A stretch of DNA of 64,000 bases from NCBI RefSeq assembly GCF_006345805.1, contig NC_043002.1:45198001-45262000 (forward strand). The letters are read 5' to 3'. The position numbers were made by a program, and so were the translations under genes. Numbering within the stretch: the first letter of the stretch is position 1; the number at the start of each line of letters is the position of its first letter. Shown here one piece after another: positions 11,747-19,961 of this stretch. This DNA is from Octopus sinensis (taxonomy: Eukaryota). The notes below the pieces were generated by a model. That model saw nothing but the letters and a program-made list of their open reading frames with translations. It searched no databases and was not told the DNA's origin.

Positions 11747-13496
11747 TATTTCTTTATTACCCACTAGGGGCGACACAGAAAGGGACACTAAGAAACATGG
11801 GGACATATAACATTATAATTAAACTTTATGAACATGAATTGTTAAACGAAAAAATGATTAAATGAAAGCGATACCAACGGCCCCGTCCGTCAGCATCACT
11901 TACCTGTCCTTTGTTTTTCATAGTCACTTGAATGTTCCTTGCCAATACGAACAAATTCCATATCCATTCTTACTCCGAAATACTCATCCATATTTCCACG
12001 AATTCATCGCTCATTCTTATATCTTTCACCTCCCAATTCTCGCATTCACACATCACCATAAAGTCACCTATTTCTTCTTTTCAATCACAGCATACCTAGT
12101 CTCACCAACATCATACCATTTATACTCTTCCATTAGACTTTTAACTTCTTTCTGTTCAGTCATAGTACAAATGTACGGCCTGATATCGATTTCAATCTCT
12201 TGTGTGTGTGTATTCTTTTTTTTCTTTTGTTTTCTTGTTGGGGGGGAGCGGGTGGGTTCAATGTCTGCATGGATAGGGTGGGACTCAGAGGGCGTGGGTG
12301 GTTTTGGGGTGGATTGGAGTTCCATATTATTTTTTTTCCACGTATTCTTCTCTTCTCTTACTTCCAGCTTCCTTCCATTTCTGTGTATTCTCTTCCTCTG
12401 TTTCCTTCTCCTCTGGTTTCTGCTTCTCTCTCTCTGGTTCGGGATCCATTTCTTTCCCTGGGGGAGGGCAGAAGGCTCTTATGTGACCCCTCAGGCCACA
12501 CTTGTAACAACGTGGAGCCCTGCCCTCCACCCACACTCTCATGATCACTTCTCCCAGTCTGATGCTTTCCGTCAGGTCCACCAGTACCTCGGTCTCTGCC
12601 TGTACGTTCAGCTCCACTGTTACGCCTCTCCAGCCCTCGGACTTAACCGAGGCATGGAGAATATCCACTTCGTCCTCGTGGCCGCTGATCACAGCCGCCA
12701 CAATCCATTCTGCCTCCACGTTTGGTGGCACTCCCTCCACCCTTATTCGTGTAATCCTCCTGTTTAAATACGTAGGTAACAGTGTTACCTTTTCCGACTT
12801 CACCGCCTTCGCTGCCATCTTCCTCGCTGCAGATTCACTTTTAAATTGCACAACTACGGTCCCGTACTTGGATCCTCGAGTCAGAAAATTTATTTCCTCC
12901 TCAGTTCTTCGCAGGGCTTCCTCTATCCATTCCATGGTTACAACTTCTACCCTCTTCCTTTCGTTTGCGAACACCCTGTAAACAATGGTCCTCTTATCAT
13001 ACCATTCTTTTCTCCTGGGTGTCGGTGATAGTTCCACCTCACCGCTTTCCTTTTTCATGTGTTTCTGGTAACTTGGTAGCTTGGCCAAGTCGACCCCTTT
13101 CTCTTCCGCCTTCTTGGTTACACCGGCATAAGTATAACTCAGCTTCTTTTCCAAATTCCTCGCTGCCATTTCTAGCTCCTTCTCAGACGTAGGCGAGTCT
13201 GATAAAGACTCGAAAACTCCAGCCTTTTCCTCCATCAGCTTCACTGCAATTGCCTGTTCCAGTTCCTCATCTGTCGTGGACAAGTCTGTTAGAGACTCAT
13301 AGTCCATTTCCTTCTGTCTGACAGACCGAAAACGGCCGCCAAAACAGAAAAAAGTTTAACGCGCTGAACGAGCGAAACGCGAAACCGCGTTAACGCCGTT
13401 CAGAATTTCCACAACAACAACCACGCTTTTTGTTCTTTTTTACCGAATTTTCAGGAGCCGAAAAAAAAACACAACCGACGTCAAACGAAGTGGTGC
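11747..13496 (-). mobile_element. ORF1-only element NA3
   Basis: Bounded by CGTTTCT at 11740-11746 and 13497-13503. Confidence 0.85.
11826..13307 (-). CDS. NA3 ORF1-like protein (326 aa uninterrupted, then frameshifted C-terminal part)
   Basis: ORF 12327-13307 (MDYESLTDLS...CYKCGLRGHIRAFC...) continues in 12068-12325 and on to the stop at 11826-11828, homologous to the stops in NA1 and NA2. Confidence 0.8.
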
Positions 13497-13707
13497 CGTT
13501 TCTGATTTCTTTATTACCCACTAGGGGCGACATAGAGAATACACACAAGACGAATGATGAAAAAAAAATATTATGAACGTTTGGGGTCGAAATGAATAAA
13601 AATCGAATGATTATACAATAGACACAACAAAATACACAAGAGCAGGGGCGGGTTCGCGACCCCATGCCCCCGCCACGACACTTAGCCTTGTGGTTTTCTT
13701 TTTCTTC

Positions 13708-16700
13708 CTATCTCACATTTGTGAGGGATCTTTTACTCTGCACATTTTTCCATCTTTCATAAAACACTTTCTTACTCAGGCTCCTTCTCTCCAGTCTATT
13801 GTCTTTTCAGGTGGAATTTAAAATATTCCACCAGACTTGAACCAGAGATGAAGTCGCCTGTTATCATTCCTTTCATCCTTGTCTTCCATACTGCCTGTTT
13901 CGCAGTTGAAACCACGGCGAGAGAAAACAAACTTACCTTCTTTCGTTAAGAAATCAGGTGGGCTGATTTTTACAATAGATTCGGCTGATAGCTGTACTCT
14001 TCGTTCACCTGACATTAGTTGTTCGGCACAATCCCACATATCTTTCACCCCCGAACACTGCACGATCGCGTGCGAGACGGTTTCCCGTTCTCGCCCACAC
14101 CTCGTACAGGTCGGGCTGACTTGGCAACCGTGCCTTGCAAGCTTGTCCCGAACAGGTAAGGCTCCTCGGTAGCACTGCCAAGCCAAGACTTCTGGAAATT
14201 GTCCAGTGTCTTCGGCCCAAATGTACTTTGGAACAGACTGGCCAGCTGATTATCGTCGAAACCTAGGCTTCCCCCAGCGTATCATCGTTACCGGCCTCTA
14301 CAAACCCTCTATAAAAACAGCGGTAGAACCACTGCCACAGGCATTACCGAGCGACGGAATAGTCGGAGTGCCTGCGACACTCCGTATACCACGTGCCCAC
14401 TTCGATCTGCGATTATACCAGGCCTCCCGGCCACCGAAACTGGTGAACCTGGGGAACATCTGTTTCGCCAGCGGAGACCACACCCGTTCACTACCCAGAT
14501 GGAGCCACAGGTGCCTTAGCCTCAGCGCATTTCTGCGCATCATTAGCCACGGCATCCCTAGTCCACCTGTAACGGTTTTGACAGCAGACAGAGCGTCTCA
14601 CAAGCGGTTTCGATCCCTTCCACAAGAAGCGAAAGAGCTGTCTCTCCAACTTGATCAACCACGAATCCGGGCAAGGCACGACGGCAAGGCGGTAGGTGAT
14701 CACCGATGCTATAAACACATTGGCCACCTCCGCCCTACCTTTCAAGGATAACCACCGGCAAGACCAAATCTTGACTATTGCAGCCACCTTGCTCGATACC
14801 TCGCTCCAGTTCTTCTCTATTTGGAGGTCCGGACCGAACCAGACCCCGAGCAACTTAATCGGGCCCTCCGTCCAACGTCCCACGACGCTGTCTGGAGGCA
14901 TCGACTTGCCTCTCCAGGTGCCGAGTTGCAAGCCGACCGACTTTTCACGATTAACTTTTGCTCCTGTCACCGTCTCGTAACCTCTATGGCCTTGCCTACT
15001 TTACGTAGGTGGTCCACTTCAGTCACGATGATAGTGATGTCATCCGCGTACGCCGAAACCGACATATCACGTCCTGGTTGCCTCGGGATGCCGCTCAGTC
15101 TTCGCAGCAGCGGCTCCAGGGCCACTACATACAAAAGCGGGGAGAGCGCGACATCCCTGGCGAACCGAGCGTTTGACCTTGAACGGCTTAGAAAGAAAGC
15201 CGTTCACCTGAACTACCGAGTCGGCGTTGTCATACATTTCGATGATCCACCTGAGGAAGCAAGACCCAGGCCGAACTGAGCCAGAACGGACACCAGGTAG
15301 TGATGGTCGACCCTATCGAACGCTTTAGACTGGTCTAAATGGACCACTGCCCCTCCCTTGCCGAGATCGTTATTTATTCCCTCTATCGTGTATCTAATTA
15401 GATGGAGATTATCCTGAATGGCTCTGCCCGGTACGGCGCACGTTTGCGCTTTCCCAATCAGTCCATTCGCGACACGCGCCAATCTGTTCGATAACACTTT
15501 GGCCAAAATCTTCAACTCTGCGTAAGCAGAGTGATGGGCCTGAAATTATCTATTACGTCCCCCTTGCTCTGGTCCTTCCTGATTAGCGTCACCACTCCCC
15601 GGCGCACAGATCTGGGGATAAACCCATTCTGCTGCCAGTTTGCGTAGACGCCCGTCAGTAAGTCCCCGAACAAGTCCGGCATACTTTTATAAAGCTCGTA
15701 TGGTAGACCATCCAGTCCCGGCGCCTTACCTGCACCGCAGTCCGCCATGGCCTCTATTACCTCCCCAGGTGTGATCGGCTCCTCACTACACTTCGCATCC
15801 TGCCCGAGAGGCGCGGCAGCCCGTCGAGGGGGTCCGTAAGGTCCCTCCCCTATCCGGTCCGCCGCTCCCCCCGAAAAGCTGGGCGAAGTGGTCCTGAAAA
15901 GCTTGACACATCTCCTCGGGCTCGTCTGTCAACATACCTTGTTGGTTCGCCAGAGATCGAATTGTAGCATCATTGCCACGTTGGGCTTCCACCACTCGGG
16001 CCCATCCTGCAGCCTTGATTCCTTCGCTCCCCATCGCACGTTGTCTAGCCCTGACAATGCAACCCATGTGTTGGGCTTCGAGGTGCTGGTAAGAACCAGT
16101 CTCTTGACCTTCACCTGGTCTGCATTGCCAGTTCGCATTGCTTCCTCTAAGTCCTTAACTAGTGCAGTTACCCTTCTAGCCTCTCTAGCTACATGGTTAG
16201 TACTATATCTAACGGACTCATATTTTATGGCTCGCTTAAGGGCATACCACCATTTGTTGTTACAAATGGAGCCGGTCATGGCCCTCTGGATTATTAACCT
16301 AATCCTGTCCCTGTACTCCTTAATCGCCAAAAGGGACGTATTAAGTTTCCAGTAACCAGGACCTCTAGTTATCTTATCTACGTCTAGCCTACAGGTGACC
16401 ATCTTGTGGTCACTGTAGCTGACTATATGGAGTTGTGGACTCTTAACTAGGTTCTTATCTACCTTCCTAATTAATATCCTGTCTATATACGACTTTGCCG
16501 ATCCGTCGCTATTTGACCACGTCCACAGTGGAGCGCCCGGATGTTCCAGTCTATATGGATCTACCAGCTCAAAACGTCTTAGTAGATCCAGGAAGCAAGT
16601 ATTTCCTTTTCTGTCTGTTCGCGAGCCTTCACAGTCTACCCGCACATCGCAGATTGTGTTGAAGTCCCCTAACATTACTACTGGGCACGATGTACTCAGA

Positions 16701-17087
16701 AACTTCTCCAGGTTCCGATAATAATCACTTTTCCCCTTATTGGGGGGAGCGTAAACCGCAACCAGCCTGATTGTCTTACGGCTACTGAACGTCAACTCAA
16801 CGACGACCAGCCTACCTTCCGGATCCGTAAAAATCAACTTTTTCTCAGAAAACCCGGTTCTTTTTACACAGGACCAACACCCCGCTTCCGCTGACCGACG
16901 GGTTCGGAGAGATGACACTCTCGTAACCGCCGAACAGCGGGAGCAGATCTCTTGGCCCCTTTAACCGGGTTTCTGTGGCAACGACAACATCTAAATCCCG
17001 TGACCTGATGTCATTTAGGAAGCGCCTTGCTTCCAGCTCTGCATCAGGCCACGCACATTCAAAACACCCTACACGAATATGAGACAT
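13708..17087 (-). CDS. F2 ORF2: AP endonuclease + reverse transcriptase + zinc finger (frameshifted)
   Basis: VAVYAPP, LGDFN, YIDRIL, SDHKMV, FRPITLL, LDQSKAFDRVDH, AYADD (read across a frameshift near 15040-15050), CTRCGRERETVSHAIVQC. ORF pieces 16845-17087, 15929-16918, 15786-16067, 15512-15748, 15213-15515, 14491-14970, 14298-14555 and 13818-14186. Stop near 13708 by manual reading. Confidence 0.9.
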
Positions 17088-17096
17088 TACTTACCT

Positions 17097-18594
17097 TTAT
17101 TCCGTGGTCGTGGCGGGGAAGTCCACATTAATCAGTGACTTGTCCACTCCGAGTCGCGGACCCTTTATGTCCCCTGCGAAGTGCATTTAACATGTTAAAG
17201 TTCCGTAAGTCCAATTTATAAATTTCTACATTTTTTTGTAAGATTTCTGTGGGTTTTCACCCTTTCTGCGCTTGGGATATTTCCCATTCCACTTTTAAGT
17301 CGGTCATTATTTTTGTCTATTGCCGCATATACTATTGGGCTTCTGTAAATCTGCTTTTTTGTGGGCTTTGGGGGGTGATGGGGAGGACCCCGGGGTGAGT
17401 ATGATGGGGGGAACACGAGGGGGGGTTGAAAGGAGGGGTAATGCTCGGCACTGAGGGGTGGGGGTGGATTGGGTGGGGGCTTCTCTTTTTGTGGGGAACC
17501 GTGGTTGGGTGGGGATGGTTTTCCCCCTGGGAGTTGGACTTCTTTTTGATTGTGCCGGGTTGGTTGGGCCTATGTCCGCGTTTTTCCTTTTTGGCGTTTT
17601 CTTCCGCTCACCGTTGTGAAGTCGTCCTCTTCCTCCGTTTCTTCTCCGCCTCCTCTTCCGTCTTTTTCCTTCTTCTTCCTTCTTGCTGGTGGGGCATTCC
17701 ATACGGATGTGACCTATCTCGCCCAATCCGTAGCAACGTGGCTTTCGCCCCTCCACCACCACCCGCAAGTTAATCTCTTCCCGAACTGAATACCTTCTGG
17801 AACCTCCTCCATTGCCTCCGGGGTCGCTTGCACCACCACGTGCAACGCTTGTCCTCTCCAATTTTCTTTTATTACTCTTCTGATGTTTATTACTGTTTTT
17901 TTCTTCCAGCCCCATTAACAGTGCTGGAAGCAACCACCTCACGTCGACCTGTGGCGGCACGTCCTCCACTCTGATTTTTGAGGTTCTCCTTCCTAAATAC
18001 GAGGGTAATAAAATTATTTCCTCCGTCTTTATTGGTGTTAAGGAGTGTTTTTTTGCTGTTTCTTCATCTCTGAATTGTACCTCTATGGTTGCGAACTTTC
18101 TCCCCCACGTCACGTAATCCATATCGCTCCACACTAGTTTCAGGCATTTCTCCGCCTGGTCTTTGGTTATTCTTTCAATTCTCTTCTCTTTTATCACAAA
18201 ATATTTTAAATTATCGTTCTTTCTCGGTTTCCTCTTTGATTGTTTGTGGGAGGGCAGCTATCGCGTTATTTCCTTCTTTTTTAAACATTTTTTTAAACTT
18301 TTCGTATTCAACCTCCTCCATCTTTACTTCCTCTGTCTTCCTACCAGCAGCGGCAGCGAAGTTGAACATCTTGGTTTTTTCACTTGGTACATTTGCTGTT
18401 TTCACAGTTTCATCGGAAGTCACACCTTCCGTAACTTATCCGTTTTCGTAGCCTTTTTAATCGGCGAACCTTCATTCGCTTTTGCTGTTTTCACAAGCTT
18501 CCTTGGAAGTCGTGTCTTCCGCAATTTTTTCTTCTTCCGCAATTTTCATATTTTTTTGTGTAGGTAAACCTACTATTTCATCATTTTTTGACAT
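17097..18594 (-). CDS. F2 ORF1: gag-like protein, knuckle missing its second Cys (frameshifted)
   Basis: ORF 17307-18197 aligns to F1 ORF1 (EKCLK..., VEGRKPRC). Knuckle reads CYGLGEIGHIRMEC. N-terminal pieces 18211-18423 and 18472-18669. Boundaries approximate. Confidence 0.78.
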
Positions 18595-18827
18595 TTTTGG
18601 ACAAATGTGTGTGTTTTTTTCGTGTATTTTAATGTGCAGCAGTTCCCCTCCGTGAGGAGGGGAAAACAAAGTTTTCCTGGTTCAAAACCAGCAACAGTTC
18701 AAACAATTTTTTAAACAAGACAATTAAAACAGGTTTTAACATAAACACAACTATTCACTTTTTGTTCCTTTCCACCGAACTCTCAGGAGCCGAAAAAAAA
18801 CACAACCGACGTCAAACGAAGTGGTGC

Positions 18828-18846
18828 CGTTTCTGCCAGCTCGCCG
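18828..18846 (-). mobile_element. 5' end of the host SINE head (A-box region)
   Basis: CGTTTCTGCCAGCTCGCCG, followed by the right TSD at 18847-18863. Confidence 0.85.
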
Positions 18847-19243
18847 AGGAATAGAAAATATTAACGCTGCTTATTTTGCATAACAGAGGAGATCGATATG
18901 TTATCACTAAATGCTACAATAATTTTGGATAGGTAAAATTATTGTCTGAAGATATAAACGATAATATTTGTCATCTTACTTGCAGCATCTCGGTATTTTT
19001 CTTTGTCTTAGACACCGGATCCGTGAACTCCAGGCGTTGAGAAAGCAGGGTTTCAATTTACCCTCTTAAATCACGTTGTTAAGGCCTCATTCACTACCCA
19101 ACCTTTTCTAACACCTCCTCCGACATGCACACCATACACACACACGCATACACACACACACATACATACATACACATGGAACAATCGTAAACAATCACCT
19201 TCATTACTCCCTTAGGTTTATTTCTCTTCTCGATAACAACTTG

Positions 19244-19961
19244 GGATCTTTTCCTTTTGAACGGCAGTTTTCAACACAATTTCTAGTTAACTAAACACTT
19301 TTAAACTTCGTATACTGGTAGAATGTGTCAAAATAGAACATTTTTTTCTCTTGGCTTTCTTGAGAAAATTGTAATTCGTTTGTTTAACGTAGTTTAATTT
19401 TTCGAATTTTAACCAATCCTATGGCCTCTATTGAGCTAAAATCATTTGCTGCGTCTAAAACAGACAACATCCTGTCACTAACTCTAACCCTCACCCTAAC
19501 GCTAACCCTAAATTTTAGCCTTTCGTTTTTTTTCTTAATTGTTAAATTAATTTAAGGATAACAATTAAGAAAAAAAAAACGAAAGGCTAAAACGAAAGCA
19601 AAAACTCAAAACAAAACAAAACGAATAATTTTAGACACACGCGTAACAATTAAATTAATTTAATAATTAAGAAAAAAACGAAAGGCTAAAATTTAGGGTT
19701 AGGGTTAGGGTTAGGGTTAGAGTTAGGGTTAGTGACAGGATGTTGTCTCAGTTTTAGACGCAGCAAATGATTTTAGCTCAATAGAGGCTATAGGATTGGT
19801 TAAAATTCGAAAATACGTTAAACTTACAAATTACAATTTTCTCAAGAAAGCCAAGAGAAAAAAATGTTTTATTTTGACACATTCTACCAGTATACGAAGT
19901 TTAAAAGTGTTTAGTTGACTATAAATTGTGTTGAAAACTGCCGTTCAAAAGGAAAAGATCC
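19244..19961. mobile_element. 718-bp foldback/MITE with ~300-bp TIRs, 8-bp TSD and telomeric repeats in both arms
   Basis: Termini GGATCTTTTCCTTTTGAACGGCAG...CTGCCGTTCAAAAGGAAAAGATCC. TSD ACAACTTG at 19236-19243 and 19962-19969. (CCCTAA)-like tract at ~19478-19510 and (TTAGGG)n at 19693-19732. Confidence 0.9.

Larger units (their letters stand above)
13504..18827 (-). mobile_element. Full-length Tx1-like non-LTR retrotransposon F2, 5.32 kb
   Basis: ORF1 + ORF2 (APE, RT, zinc finger), homologous to but distinct from F1. Bounded by CGTTTCT at 13497-13503 and 18828-18834, after which the SINE head resumes (GCCAGCTCGCCG). Confidence 0.92.

Noticed and set aside
8248-13496. NA units as LTR-retrotransposon gag fragments or LTRs
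   Set aside because: No TG...CA termini, PBS, PPT, protease or integrase. The ORF aligns to the ORF1 of the adjacent non-LTR elements and the termini are shared with F2.
2937-18567. Numerous plus-strand ORFs up to 301 aa (for example 8433-9047, 8800-9483, 11862-12767)
   Set aside because: Antisense shadows of purine-rich ORF1/ORF2 on the minus strand; no recognisable domains, and they break differently in each NA copy.
8241-18834. Regularly spaced CGTTTCT repeats as a CRISPR-like array
   Set aside because: Repeats are 7 bp, spacers are 1.7-5.3 kb mobile elements, the context is eukaryotic and there are no cas genes. They are target-site duplications.
19478-19732. True telomere or chromosome-fusion scar
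   Set aside because: Tracts are only 5-6 units, point outward as part of the TIRs, and lie inside an element with an exact 8-bp TSD.
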